From Halarcobacter sp. (GTDB taxonomy: Bacteria; Campylobacterota; Campylobacteria; Campylobacterales; Arcobacteraceae): 64,000 nucleotides of DNA. Shown one piece after another: positions 11,279 through 21,649 of the stretch. The position numbers were made by a program, and so were the translations under genes. The stretch's first letter is position 1. The number at the start of each line of letters is the position of its first letter. The notes beneath the pieces were generated by a model. That model worked only from the letters and a program-made list of their open reading frames with translations, was not told the origin of the DNA and made no database searches. Location of the stretch: the NCBI GenBank assembly GCA_048571215.1, contig CP182352.1, forward strand, positions 928,001 through 992,000. The letters run 5' to 3'.

Positions 11279-11596
11279 ATGGCAAAATATTTAGAATTAG
11301 ATCAAAGTAATATAGAAGATACAGTAAAAGAGGGTGTGACATTAGTTGACTTTTGGGCACCATGGTGCGGACCTTGTAGAATGATTGCTCCTGTTATAGA
11401 ACAGTTAGCCCAAGAGTTTGAAGGAAAAGCAAAGATATGTAAAGTAAATACAGAAGTTGAGCAAGACTTAACTGTAAAATATCAAATAAGATCAATACCT
11501 ACTATTCTTTTCTTCAAAGATGGTGAAATAGTTGACCAATTAATTGGAACAACTACAAAAGGTGCTCTTGAAGAAAAAATAAATAAATATTTATAA
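11279..11596 (+). CDS. trxA: Thioredoxin
   Basis: WCGPC active site. Confidence 0.95.
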   Translation: MAKYLELDQSNIEDTVKEGVTLVDFWAPWCGPCRMIAPVIEQLAQEFEGKAKICKVNTEVEQDLTVKYQIRSIPTILFFKDGEIVDQLIGTTTKGALEEKINKYL

Positions 11597-11601
11597 TATA
11601 T

Positions 11602-11631
11602 AAAAAGCAAGGTCTCTCCTTGCTTTTTTTT
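11602..11631 (+). terminator. Intrinsic terminator after trxA
   Basis: AAAAAGCAAGG-tctct-CCTTGCTTTTT hairpin plus T run. Confidence 0.85.
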
Positions 11632-11750
11632 GCACTACTAAAATTTTCTAAATCCAACTACAATATTTATAAAATAAATATCTTTTTATTTTCTAAACTT
11701 AAAGATAATTTAGTTAATATTAAATAAGTCATAAAAGAAAAGGATCATAG

Positions 11751-11993
11751 ATGAATATATTAGTTTTTTTATTAATAGGTGCAATTGCAGGTTGGTTAGC
11801 AGGTAATATAATGAGTTCAGGAGGTTTTGGTCTTATAGGAAATATAGTTATTGGAATAGTAGGTGCTGTAATTGGTGGTTTTGTATTTGGCTTACTTGGA
11901 TTATCAGCTGGTGGATTTATTGGTTCAATAATAATGTCAACTGTTGGGGCTGTACTTTTATTGTATGTTGCAAAACTAGTAAAAAAAGCGTAA
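11751..11993 (+). CDS. GlsB/YeaQ/YmgE family membrane protein
   Basis: IGAIAGWLAG...GIVGAVIGG Gly-rich helices. Confidence 0.9.
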   Translation: MNILVFLLIGAIAGWLAGNIMSSGGFGLIGNIVIGIVGAVIGGFVFGLLGLSAGGFIGSIIMSTVGAVLLLYVAKLVKKA

Positions 11994-12209
11994 TAAAAAC
12001 ATGTCTTGATATTGATTATATAAAATATAATCTTTAATTAAATTTTTTGATACATTTTTTTAAAGTAACAAAGGTGAAGCTAATTCTTGAAATATATACA
12101 GAGTCTTCATCTATAATAATAAGATTATTGACAACTTATTTATACTGCAATAATGTACTATGTCTAAAAATTTTTAAAATGTATAATTTACCAAAAAGAA
12201 GGGTAAATT

Positions 12210-12794
12210 ATGAATTTTGTATTTTTTCTACTATATTGTAGTTTGATGATAATAACACCAGGCCCCACTAATATTATGATTCTTACAACAGTGCATAATT
12301 ATGGAGTCAAAAAAGCTTTTGAGTTTTCTATTGGTGCATTATTCGCTTTTTTTGTATTATTAAGTGTATCTGTTATTTTTAATTCTATATTAATGAATTA
12401 TTTGCCAAATATTATAGTTGTCTTACAAATAATTGGAGCTATTTATATGTTGTATTTAGCATATCAAATTTTTAAGATAAACAATACTTCAAAAAAAGAA
12501 AATCAATTTTCATCTTTTAAAACAGGTTTTCTTATGCAATTTGTTAATCCCAAACCAGTATTGTTTACATTGACTGTTTTTCCAAGTTTTATTTTGCCCT
12601 ATTATACCTCTTTTTGGTATTTGACACTTTTTGTGTTATTGATTACAATTATTGCTTGTCTTGCTTTTTTATCATGGATTTTATTTGGAAAAGTACTAAA
12701 ATCTTTTTTGGATAGATATAATAAACTAGTAAATAACATAATGGCAATATTTTTAATAATATGTGCTATTGCAATTTCAGGGATATTTAATTAA
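12210..12794 (+). CDS. LysE family exporter
   Basis: TPGPTN and FVNPK motifs. Confidence 0.9.
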   Translation: MNFVFFLLYCSLMIITPGPTNIMILTTVHNYGVKKAFEFSIGALFAFFVLLSVSVIFNSILMNYLPNIIVVLQIIGAIYMLYLAYQIFKINNTSKKENQFSSFKTGFLMQFVNPKPVLFTLTVFPSFILPYYTSFWYLTLFVLLITIIACLAFLSWILFGKVLKSFLDRYNKLVNNIMAIFLIICAIAISGIFN

Positions 12795-12804
12795 ATGAGT
12801 TATT

Positions 12805-13584
12805 ATGGATAAGTTCACTTATAAAAATAGAGTAGATATAACAGCACTAAAAGCAAAAATGGAAAAGTTTTCATATAAAAAACACTCCCATGAAGAGTAT
12901 GCTTTGGGTGTGACTTTAAATGGAGTTCAAAAATATAATTTAGATGGGGTTTCCCAAGCCTCATATAAAAATGGAGTAATGCTTTTCAATCCGGAACAAC
13001 TACATGATGGAGAATCAGGATGTAATGATGAGTCTTTAGATTATGTTATGTTGTATATTAAGCCAGAACTTTTTTTGGAAGCATTAGGTAAAAAAGATAT
13101 GGTAAAGTTTTCCTCTTCTATTGTATATAATGAAAAACTAAAGCAAGATATTATCAATCTATCATCTGCTATTTTATTTGAAAGAGATGAATCTTTATGT
13201 TCCGAATTATTGTTAAATATTACAGATAATTTCTCTACTAATGATTTTATTTTAGATTATAAAAAAGAGAATTTAATTGTCAAAAAAGCTAAAGAGATGA
13301 TTTATTATGAGTTGGATGATGTTTTAAATATAGATGAAATAGCAAAAGAGCTAAGCTTAAGTAAATTTCAATTTATAAGAATGTTTAAGGCAAATACAGG
13401 AATAACTCCCTATCAATTCTTTTTAAATTGTAAATTGATTCATGCTAAAATATATTTAGAACATACAAAAGATTTATATGCTGCTGTTGTGGAGTATGGT
13501 TTTACTGATTTGTCCCATTTTAATAGGCACTTTAAAAGAGTATATGGAGTGACAGCTTATGAGTATATTCAATCTTTAGTTTGA
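12805..13584 (+). CDS. AraC family regulator
   Basis: KHSHEEY cupin; C-terminal GFTDLSHFNRHFKRVYG. Confidence 0.92.
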   Translation: MDKFTYKNRVDITALKAKMEKFSYKKHSHEEYALGVTLNGVQKYNLDGVSQASYKNGVMLFNPEQLHDGESGCNDESLDYVMLYIKPELFLEALGKKDMVKFSSSIVYNEKLKQDIINLSSAILFERDESLCSELLLNITDNFSTNDFILDYKKENLIVKKAKEMIYYELDDVLNIDEIAKELSLSKFQFIRMFKANTGITPYQFFLNCKLIHAKIYLEHTKDLYAAVVEYGFTDLSHFNRHFKRVYGVTAYEYIQSLV

Positions 13585-13606
13585 GTAAAAGGGAAGAGGG
13601 AAATTA

Positions 13607-14365
13607 ATGGGAATTTTTAAAATAATTATTTTGTTAAGTTTGTTTTTTAATTTACTATGTGCCAATGATAAAGAGTTGAAAAATATATTTGATAAAACAC
13701 AAGTTAATGGGACCTTAGTTATTTCATCATTAGATGGTAAAAAAGAGTATATCTATAATAAAAAAAGAGCAATGACTAGATATATCCCAGCTTCTACATT
13801 TAAAATACCAAATACACTTATTGCACTTGAGGAAAGAGTGATAAAAGATGAAAATGAGGTTATAAAATGGGATGGAGTTGTAAGGTCTTATGTGGCTTGG
13901 AACAAAGATCAAACTTTACAAAGTGCTATTTCAATATCTTGTGTCTGGTGTTATCAAAGATTTGCAAAAAAAATTGGTAATGATAAATATTTAGCTTATC
14001 TAAAAGAATTACATTATGGTAATGAAAAGACAGGTTCAGATGTGACAACTTTTTGGTTGGAAGGCGATTTGAAAATATCTACATTTGAACAGATAGATTT
14101 TTTAAAAAGGCTTTATAATAATGATTTGCCTTTTAAACAAAAATATATAAATATAACTAAAAAAATACTAACAGTAGAAAAAACAAAAGAGTATACAATC
14201 AAAGCAAAGAGTGGGTGGTCAGGAAAAATTGGCTGGTATGTTGGTTATGTGAAAAGTAAAAAGGGTGTTTGGTTTTTTGCCTTAAATGCTGATATCTCAA
14301 ATAAGCAATTAAAATATAGAAAAGAAATAGTATTGCAAGCTTTAAGAGTAAAAAAAATCTTATAA
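13607..14365 (+). CDS. blaOXA: Class D (OXA-type) beta-lactamase
   Basis: Signal peptide, PASTFK, SCV, YGN, FWL, KSG, WYVG. Confidence 0.88.
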   Translation: MGIFKIIILLSLFFNLLCANDKELKNIFDKTQVNGTLVISSLDGKKEYIYNKKRAMTRYIPASTFKIPNTLIALEERVIKDENEVIKWDGVVRSYVAWNKDQTLQSAISISCVWCYQRFAKKIGNDKYLAYLKELHYGNEKTGSDVTTFWLEGDLKISTFEQIDFLKRLYNNDLPFKQKYINITKKILTVEKTKEYTIKAKSGWSGKIGWYVGYVKSKKGVWFFALNADISNKQLKYRKEIVLQALRVKKIL

Positions 14366-14432
14366 ATAAGTTCAATTAGTTATAGAGTTGTAATCTTTAG
14401 TTAATATTCTTTTTGATACACTTTTTCTAAAT

Positions 14433-14572
14433 TTATTTCTCAGGGCAAGGTGAAATTCCTTACTGGTGGTAACTATACTTAATAGAAGTCCACGAGCGCT
14501 TTATTTTATAAGGGTCAGCAGATTTGGTGTAAATCCAAAACCAACCGTAAAGTCGGGATGGAAGAGAAAATA
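14433..14572 (+). ncRNA. FMN riboswitch (RFN element)
   Basis: CTCAGGGCAAGGTGAAATTCCTTACTGGTGGT...CAGCAGATTTGGTG...AGTCGGGATGGAAGAG directly upstream of ribB. Confidence 0.95.
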
Positions 14573-14661
14573 ATATGTCTTTTTATTGTTAGATGATAAG
14601 GATAATATATTCTATTAGCCCTGATTCAATAAGTTTACTTAAAAACAAAGGTATAACTAAA

Positions 14662-15297
14662 ATGAATCAAATTATGAAAAATAGTGATTTTAAATTAAAA
14701 GTTGATGGTGCACTAAAAACCTTAAAAGAGGGAAAAGGTGTTATTGTTGTTGATGATTATGATAGAGAAAATGAAGCAGATATTATTTTTTCTGCACAAC
14801 ATATAACAAAAGAACAGATGGCTCTTTTGATAAGAGAGTGTAGTGGTATAGTTTGTTTATGTCTACCTAAACAAAAAGTTGATGAACTTCAATTACCAAT
14901 GATGGTTCAAGATAATAATTCTAAATTTCAAACTCCCTTTACTATTTCTATAGAAGCAAAAGATAATGTCACTACAGGTGTGTCAGCACAAGATAGAGTT
15001 ACAACAATAAAATCAGCTATTTCAAAAGATGGTATATCAAAAATCGTTTCACCAGGACATATCTTTCCATTAAGGGCACATGATGAAGGGGTTTTGAAAC
15101 GTGCAGGTCATACAGAATCTAGTGTGGATTTAATGAAATTAGCAAAATTAGAGCCTTATGCAGTCTTATGTGAAATAACAAACCCTGATGGAACTATGGC
15201 AAAAGATGATGATATCAAAAACTTTTCTATAAAATATTCTATGCCTATTATCAGTGTTGAAGATATAATTAATTATAGAAAAACATTCAAGTGTTAA
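14662..15297 (+). CDS. ribB: 3,4-dihydroxy-2-butanone 4-phosphate synthase
   Basis: DRENEAD, TTGVSAQDR, PGHIFPL, RAGHTE; start moved to MNQ after the riboswitch. Confidence 0.95.
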   Translation: MNQIMKNSDFKLKVDGALKTLKEGKGVIVVDDYDRENEADIIFSAQHITKEQMALLIRECSGIVCLCLPKQKVDELQLPMMVQDNNSKFQTPFTISIEAKDNVTTGVSAQDRVTTIKSAISKDGISKIVSPGHIFPLRAHDEGVLKRAGHTESSVDLMKLAKLEPYAVLCEITNPDGTMAKDDDIKNFSIKYSMPIISVEDIINYRKTFKC

Positions 15298-15328
15298 AGT
15301 TTTTGTATTTACAAAGTAAAGGGGTAGA

Positions 15329-16246
15329 ATGGAGATTTTAGAGGTATATAAAATTTGGGATAAAGCAGTACACAATGCTTTTACAGACTTGATTTGGTTT
15401 AATAATAGTTGGTATTGCACCTTTAGAGAGGGTGATAATCATGTTTGTGATGAGGGTAAAATACGAATTATTTGTTCTAAAGATACAAAAGAGTGGAAAT
15501 CTGTAGCCTTGATTAAATTTCCAAATGGAGACCTCCGTGATCCAAAACTTTCTATAACAAAAGATAATAAATTAGTACTAAATGCAGCAGCTCGTTTAAT
15601 TCAACCAATTAATGGAAATAAACATCAGTCTTTGACTTGGATCTCTACTGATGGAATAGATTTTGATAAACCTTTCACCTGTACCACTGGACTTGGAACT
15701 TGGCGTTGGAGAATTACAATAAAAGATGATTTAGCTTATAGTATAGCTTATGGTGGAAAAGATATCCAAGGGTGTTTATATAGTTCAAAAGATTGTAAAA
15801 GTTGGGAGATAGTAAAAAACAAGATTTATCCAGATGTAGAGTCTTTTGGAAATGAGAGTTCATTAGTATTTCTTGAAAATGGTGATGCTTATACTCTTTT
15901 GCGTAGAGATAAGGCTAGTTGTACGGCGATGTTAGGTTTTTCTAAACCACCATATACAACTTGGGAATGGAGTGATTTAAAGGTTCGTATTGGAGGACCA
16001 AAGATGATTACTATTCCTAATGAAAAATGTTTTTTAGCAGGTGTTCGTTTAAATGATAAAAGATTACGTACCTCTTTATGTTGGATTGATCCTGAAATGA
16101 GTAAAATAACTGAAGTTTTGACTCTTCCTTCCGGTGGTGATACTAGTTATACTGGACTTGTTTACCGGGAGGGATTCTTATGGGTTAGTTATTATTCATC
16201 CCATGAGGGTAAAACAGCAATATATTTTGCTAAAATAAAAATATAA
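15329..16246 (+). CDS. Sialidase/BNR-repeat beta-propeller protein
   Basis: HNAFTDL, DLRDPKL, SxDG.W-type Asp boxes, GDTSY. Confidence 0.7.
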   Translation: MEILEVYKIWDKAVHNAFTDLIWFNNSWYCTFREGDNHVCDEGKIRIICSKDTKEWKSVALIKFPNGDLRDPKLSITKDNKLVLNAAARLIQPINGNKHQSLTWISTDGIDFDKPFTCTTGLGTWRWRITIKDDLAYSIAYGGKDIQGCLYSSKDCKSWEIVKNKIYPDVESFGNESSLVFLENGDAYTLLRRDKASCTAMLGFSKPPYTTWEWSDLKVRIGGPKMITIPNEKCFLAGVRLNDKRLRTSLCWIDPEMSKITEVLTLPSGGDTSYTGLVYREGFLWVSYYSSHEGKTAIYFAKIKI

Positions 16247-16268
16247 ATCAAAAAAAGGATTTAATACT

Positions 16269-17570
16269 TTGGATAATACTAGAACAGTTGGATTATGGGG
16301 TGCAATAGCTATTGGTGTTGGTGGAATGGTAGGAGGTGGTATCTTTGCTGTTTTAGGTGAAGCTGTATCTTTGGCTCACGGTGCAACTGTTATTGCTTTT
16401 GTTTTAGCTGGTATTGTGGCTTTATTTACCTCCTATTCTTATGCAAAACTATCTGTTAAATTCCAAACAAAAGGTGGAACTGTAAGTTTTATTGATGAGG
16501 CATTTGGACATAATTTCTTGTCAGGGAGTGTTAACTTTTTACTTTGGTTAAGTTATTTAGTTACTATCTCTTTATATGCAGTTGCATTTTCCTCTTATTC
16601 CCAAGCTTTATTAGGTTCTTCAAGTACATTATTAAGTCATATATTTGTTAGTGTAGCTATTATTTTACCTTTAATCATAAATCTTATTAGTGCTTCATTC
16701 GTAAGTCGTTCGGAGACTATTATTGTGATTATAAAAGTGGTATTATTGCTTGTTATTATTGCAGTTAGTATATCTTTTTTAGATATGCAAAGATTATCTC
16801 CATCTAAGTGGGAAGGTAGCTTTTCTATTTTGGTTGCAGGGATGATAATCTTTGTTGCATATGAGGGTTTTGAACTTATTGCAAATGCAGCAGAAGATAT
16901 AAAGAATCCAAAATCAAATTTACCAAAAGCCTTTTATGGCTCTGTTTCTTTAGTTATTATCCTTTATATTTCAATTGCAATTATTACAACTGGAACTGTA
17001 AGTGAAGCTCAATTATTAGAGGCAAAAGATTATGCTTTGGCAATTGCAGCTAAACCAGCCTTAGGAGACTTAGGTTTTACTATAGTTTCTATTGCTGCTT
17101 TGTTAGCAACATTTTCAGCTATAAATGCAACTATATACGGAAATGGTAGGTTAGGGTTGATTTTAGCAATAGATGGGGAATTGCCCTCTTATTTTAAAGA
17201 TGAAAAAAATAAAATTCCCACAAGAAGTGTTTTGATAACAGCTATATTTAGTCTAATAATGGCTAATAGTATCGATTTATCACAAATTGCTATTATAGGA
17301 AGTGCAAGTTTTTTATTGATTTTCTTTATAGTTAATATTGCTGCATTTAAACTATATAAACAAGTAGGAGCAAATAAAATTATTGTATTTTTATCTTGCA
17401 TTATTAGTCTTATTGCTTTAATAACTTTACTTGTACATACTTTTTTTACCAATAAACAATCAATAATAATATTTTTGGCTTTTATTGGTGTTTCTATATT
17501 ATTTGAGTATTTTTATGGACGAATGGTGCGAAAACATATGTTTAACAGACCATATGAAGAAAAAGAGTAA
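16269..17570 (+). CDS. APC family amino acid permease
   Basis: GGMVGGGIF, AYEGFE, about 12 TM segments. Confidence 0.9.
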   Translation: MDNTRTVGLWGAIAIGVGGMVGGGIFAVLGEAVSLAHGATVIAFVLAGIVALFTSYSYAKLSVKFQTKGGTVSFIDEAFGHNFLSGSVNFLLWLSYLVTISLYAVAFSSYSQALLGSSSTLLSHIFVSVAIILPLIINLISASFVSRSETIIVIIKVVLLLVIIAVSISFLDMQRLSPSKWEGSFSILVAGMIIFVAYEGFELIANAAEDIKNPKSNLPKAFYGSVSLVIILYISIAIITTGTVSEAQLLEAKDYALAIAAKPALGDLGFTIVSIAALLATFSAINATIYGNGRLGLILAIDGELPSYFKDEKNKIPTRSVLITAIFSLIMANSIDLSQIAIIGSASFLLIFFIVNIAAFKLYKQVGANKIIVFLSCIISLIALITLLVHTFFTNKQSIIIFLAFIGVSILFEYFYGRMVRKHMFNRPYEEKE

Positions 17571-17571
17571 C

Positions 17572-18948
17572 TTACTCTTTTTCTAAGTTATATTTCTCAA
17601 TCTCTTTGATTGTTTTAACAGCTGCAGAAAGCAATGATTCACTAAGTGCTGGATGAATATATAACATCTCTTTTAGGTGTCTAATATCATTGTCTATATG
17701 CATTATAGTTAAGACCTGATGTATCATTGTTGAACTTTCAGGTCCTATCATATGACATCCTAGTATCTCATAATTTTTAGGGTTTATTATAAACTTTGTA
17801 ACAGGGTATTTTAATTTTGTAGACATCGCTTTTGAACTAGCTAGCCAATTTGTAGTTGTAGCTATATACTCTAGGTTTTTCTCTTTAGCTTCTTGTTCAG
17901 TTATTCCAACACTAGCAATCTCAGGATCTGTAAAAACAGCATGGGGCATATATTTGAATTTTAGTGGGTCCTTACAATCTTCAAATAAAACTTTTCCTAG
18001 GTGATTTATCTCATATGCTGCTGCATGTTGTAACATATATTCCCCTGTAGCATCTCCTACTACATAAACACCTTTTGCATCAGTTTCAAAGAATTCATTT
18101 TTTTGTATAAAGCCTCTTTTATCTGTTTTTATTGAGGTGTTTTCCAATTTTAGGCTAGGGGAGTTTGATTCTCTTCCTATAGCATAAAGTACAGCATCAC
18201 AATTATGTTTTTTATTTGTACCATCTTTGTTTTCTAGTATTAAGTCAAATTGATTGTTTTTATAATCGATAGTTTTGATTGTTGTATTAAACTCAATATC
18301 AACTTTTTTACTAAATTGCTCTTTAAATATTTCAGAGATCTCTTCATCCTCTTTATTTAAGATATTTTCACTTCTTACTAAGAGTTTTGTTTTTATTCCA
18401 ACAGCTGAGAAAAAACCAGCTAACTCACAAGCTATAAAACCAGCACCAACTATTGTGATAGATTTTGGAATCTTTCCTTCTAGTGGAAATATATCATCGC
18501 TAGTCCAAGCTTTTTCATGTTCTGGCTCTTTTGGTTTTGTTCCTGTAGCTATTACTATAAGTGGAGCTGTTAGTTGTTCATTATTGACTTTTACAATGTT
18601 GTTTGATACAAAAGAACCTTCACCTCTAAAAACTTCAACATTTTCATTAAATTTATTTTTATACATTTGATCAATTTCTGAAATAAATTCATTTGTTTGT
18701 TTAAATATCTCTTTTGTATCAATATTGTTTATTTTAGAGTCTATAAAATGTCTACTTGATTCTTTTATAGCATTTGCAACATGGGCATACCCTATTAAGA
18801 GTTTTGAAGGGGTACAACCTCTATTTGAACAAGTACCACCTAATGCTGATTTCTCAATAATTGCAATTTTTTTACCTTTTTTTCCAGCACTTGCAGCTAA
18901 ATTACTAGCTCTTCCTGCTCCAATAATTATTAAATCAAATTTTTTCAT
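17572..18948 (-). CDS. Pyridine nucleotide-disulfide oxidoreductase (dihydrolipoyl dehydrogenase family)
   Basis: GGTCSNRGCTPSK, GAGFIACE, HPALSE. Confidence 0.88.
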   Translation of the reverse strand: MKKFDLIIIGAGRASNLAASAGKKGKKIAIIEKSALGGTCSNRGCTPSKLLIGYAHVANAIKESSRHFIDSKINNIDTKEIFKQTNEFISEIDQMYKNKFNENVEVFRGEGSFVSNNIVKVNNEQLTAPLIVIATGTKPKEPEHEKAWTSDDIFPLEGKIPKSITIVGAGFIACELAGFFSAVGIKTKLLVRSENILNKEDEEISEIFKEQFSKKVDIEFNTTIKTIDYKNNQFDLILENKDGTNKKHNCDAVLYAIGRESNSPSLKLENTSIKTDKRGFIQKNEFFETDAKGVYVVGDATGEYMLQHAAAYEINHLGKVLFEDCKDPLKFKYMPHAVFTDPEIASVGITEQEAKEKNLEYIATTTNWLASSKAMSTKLKYPVTKFIINPKNYEILGCHMIGPESSTMIHQVLTIMHIDNDIRHLKEMLYIHPALSESLLSAAVKTIKEIEKYNLEKE

Positions 18949-19035
18949 TTTGTAACCTTTAATATATAGTATATAAAAATATATAAAACCTTTATTTAAT
19001 ATCATACTAATTAAAATCTTGGTAAAACTATATTT

Positions 19036-19725
19036 ATGAAAGAAAAAATTTATTTAATTCCCGGACTTATGACAGATCAAAGACTTTGGTCAAGATTAGA
19101 TACATATTTAGAAGAGTTTGATTTAGTACATTTACCTATACCAAAGAGTGAACATTTTGATGAGATAATTGAGATTATAGATGATCAAATTGAAGATGAT
19201 AAAATCAATCTATTAGGTTTCTCTTTAGGTGGTTATATCGCTTCTTATTATACTTTAAAGAAATTAGATAGAGTAAAAAAACTATTTTTATTGAGTTCAA
19301 CTCCATCTAATACTGAGCAAAAAGATATTCCAAGAAGAGAAAAAAAACTTCAAGAGGCAAAAAAAAGTGATTCTATTTTATTGGATGAAAACAAAGCTTT
19401 AGATTTACTTGAGATAAAAGATGATGAAGAGCTAGTACAAATAACTTGTTCTATGTTTAACGACTTAGGGAATGAATACTTTGTTCCTCAACTAGCTTTA
19501 ACCTTAAAAAGAGCAGATCTTATGGATGATTTATATAAGTTAAATATACCAGTAAAGTTTTATTATAGTACTAAAGATCGACTTCTAAATCATGATTTAA
19601 TATCTAAAATAAAACAAATAAAACATAACTTTGATTTAGTTTCAAGGGAGGGGATTAGTCACAATATTTCATTAGAATTCCCAAAAGATTTAAGTTTTGA
19701 GATTAAAGAGTGGATGAAAACATAA
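19036..19725 (+). CDS. Alpha/beta hydrolase
   Basis: GFSLGG nucleophile elbow, C-terminal His. Confidence 0.85.
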   Translation: MKEKIYLIPGLMTDQRLWSRLDTYLEEFDLVHLPIPKSEHFDEIIEIIDDQIEDDKINLLGFSLGGYIASYYTLKKLDRVKKLFLLSSTPSNTEQKDIPRREKKLQEAKKSDSILLDENKALDLLEIKDDEELVQITCSMFNDLGNEYFVPQLALTLKRADLMDDLYKLNIPVKFYYSTKDRLLNHDLISKIKQIKHNFDLVSREGISHNISLEFPKDLSFEIKEWMKT

Positions 19726-19728
19726 AAC

Positions 19729-19747
19729 AGTTTCATATTGTGAAACT
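19729..19747. promoter_or_regulatory. Palindromic operator candidate upstream of the DJ-1/PfpI gene
   Basis: AGTTTCAtattgTGAAACT. Confidence 0.45.
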
Positions 19748-19828
19748 CTAAAAAACTACTTCTTTTAGTAAATTTTTTATTAAAATCTATTGGAATATTA
19801 TATAAGAAATATTACAAAAGGAGTGAAA

Positions 19829-20389
19829 ATGTCGAAAAAATTATTGATTATTGCTGGAGATTTTGTAGAAGATTACGAACTTATGGTTCCTTTTCAGTGT
19901 TTGAAAATGTTAGGTCATGAAGTTGATGTTATTTGTCCAGATAAAAAAGCTGGTGAACAAATAAAAACTGCAATCCACGACTTTGAGGGTGATCAAACTT
20001 ATAGTGAGAAGCCTGGTCATAACTTTACTTTAAATGCTTCATTTGATGAAATTGATGAGAGTACTTATGATGCCTTAGTTATTCCAGGGGGTAGAGCGCC
20101 TGAGTATATAAGATTAAATCAAAGGGTTTTAGATATTGTAAAAGATTTTAATGGTAAAAACAAACCAATAGCTTCTATTTGTCATGGTATACAAGTTTTA
20201 GTTGCAGCAGGAATTGTAAAAGATAGAACTTGTTCTTGCTATCCTGCTTGTGCTCCCGATGTAAATATAAATGGTGGAACATGGGTTGATATTGGGGTTG
20301 AAGATGCTTATGTTGATGGAAACCTAGTAACAGCTGCAGCTTGGCCAGCACATCCAGCATGGCTTGCTAAATTTAATGAAATTTTATAA
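19829..20389 (+). CDS. DJ-1/PfpI family protein
   Basis: [25 protein letters not shown] before MSKK. Confidence 0.92.
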   Translation: MSKKLLIIAGDFVEDYELMVPFQCLKMLGHEVDVICPDKKAGEQIKTAIHDFEGDQTYSEKPGHNFTLNASFDEIDESTYDALVIPGGRAPEYIRLNQRVLDIVKDFNGKNKPIASICHGIQVLVAAGIVKDRTCSCYPACAPDVNINGGTWVDIGVEDAYVDGNLVTAAAWPAHPAWLAKFNEIL

Positions 20390-20412
20390 AATTCTTTGAT
20401 AGATAATTATTA

Positions 20413-20447
20413 ACTATAGAAGATATAATTTTTATATCTTCTATAGT
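20413..20447. terminator. Long hairpin between convergent genes
   Basis: ACTATAGAAGATATAA-ttt-TTATATCTTCTATAGT. Confidence 0.6.
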
Positions 20448-20491
20448 ATTATGCAAGAATAGAGGCTAAAGAGGGGACTTTTTTAGCAATT

Positions 20492-21226
20492 TTAGATTTT
20501 TGCATAGTTCAAAAGCTTAGAGTTTGTAATCCATCCTAAAACTTCACTATTTTTTGTTCCATCTTCAGTGATAAATACATCAGAACACAATTTATTCTCA
20601 TCCATTAATCTTTTTATTAAAGATAAATTATCAGTAGGTTTTGCTGTTTCAAAACTTTTAGTAGCATATGTTTTATAGTATTCTTCATTTAATAGCTGTT
20701 TAAGTGTAAGATCTTTCATTGAAGTACCATCCTTTGTATAATTTACAAGGAAATCATCAATTATACTTTTGTGAAGAATATATACTATTTTTGAGTCTTT
20801 GATAAAAGGGATTCTATTAATTTTATTATCTAATTTTTTTATGATATCATCTTTTAGTGAAAGAGTATCTTCATCTTTATTTTCATCAAGCGTAATATAT
20901 GATATCTTTGAAACTAAAGTCATTATATCTTCTGCTTTAGTCGATAGAAGTTTTTCTTGAGGTGTTAATTGTTTTATTAGAGATTCGTTTGTTTTTGCAG
21001 CAGTTTCAAAATTGTCTTTTGAAAAATAGTAAGCAATTACTGCACCGACCCAAGTACTAATAACAGGTAAGATAATTGTAAATAATTCTTTTACATCATC
21101 TGCATCTGTACTTTTAAATATAATAACTAAACTAAATAATACTATTATCCCCGAAGAGATAAAAACCAAATTTTTTGCAATAGCAAATCTATCATCCCCA
21201 CATTCAATATCTTTACTTGTACTCAT
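20492..21226 (-). CDS. Hypothetical membrane protein with CBS-like C-terminal domain
   Basis: Two N-terminal TM (TWVGAVIAYYF); VFITEDG...LGWITN. Confidence 0.6.
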   Translation of the reverse strand: MSTSKDIECGDDRFAIAKNLVFISSGIIVLFSLVIIFKSTDADDVKELFTIILPVISTWVGAVIAYYFSKDNFETAAKTNESLIKQLTPQEKLLSTKAEDIMTLVSKISYITLDENKDEDTLSLKDDIIKKLDNKINRIPFIKDSKIVYILHKSIIDDFLVNYTKDGTSMKDLTLKQLLNEEYYKTYATKSFETAKPTDNLSLIKRLMDENKLCSDVFITEDGTKNSEVLGWITNSKLLNYAKI

Positions 21227-21545
21227 TGTAACTCCTTCTATGAGACACTTATACCATATTGTGGTAAATCAAATTTATTAGCTTTTAATGCAACATGAAA
21301 CTTGCAAGAAATTTATTTAATACTTCATTTCCTTTATTTAAGACTGTGTTTTTAACTTACGGCTTTGTATTCTCAAGGTTATTCACCTTTTGGAATAAAT
21401 TTTAAAGAAATACTATAATCATAGTTTTACTTTATCATATAGTAACATATTTAATTATAAAATGGAATAAAAAATAATGTCATTAATTGGTATTATTGAA
21501 AACTGTTTATTCAAACTAAAACTAAAAATTATAAAAAATCCGATC

Positions 21546-21607
21546 ACAGTTGCATCTTGGCAAGTTTATCCCCAATCTTTTGCTAAATTTAATGAAATTT
21601 TATAAAA
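21546..21607 (+). repeat. Degenerate duplicate of the pfpI 3' end (20330-20391), 28 bp identical
   Basis: TTGCTAAATTTAATGAAATTTTATAAAA at 20364-20391 and 21580-21607. Confidence 0.85.
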
Positions 21608-21649
21608 ACTTATGCAAGACTAAGTAATTAGTTTTGCATAGGGGCTTTT

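Noticed and set aside
17572..18948. Mercuric reductase merA
   Set aside because: No C-terminal Cys-Cys pair and no mer genes nearby.
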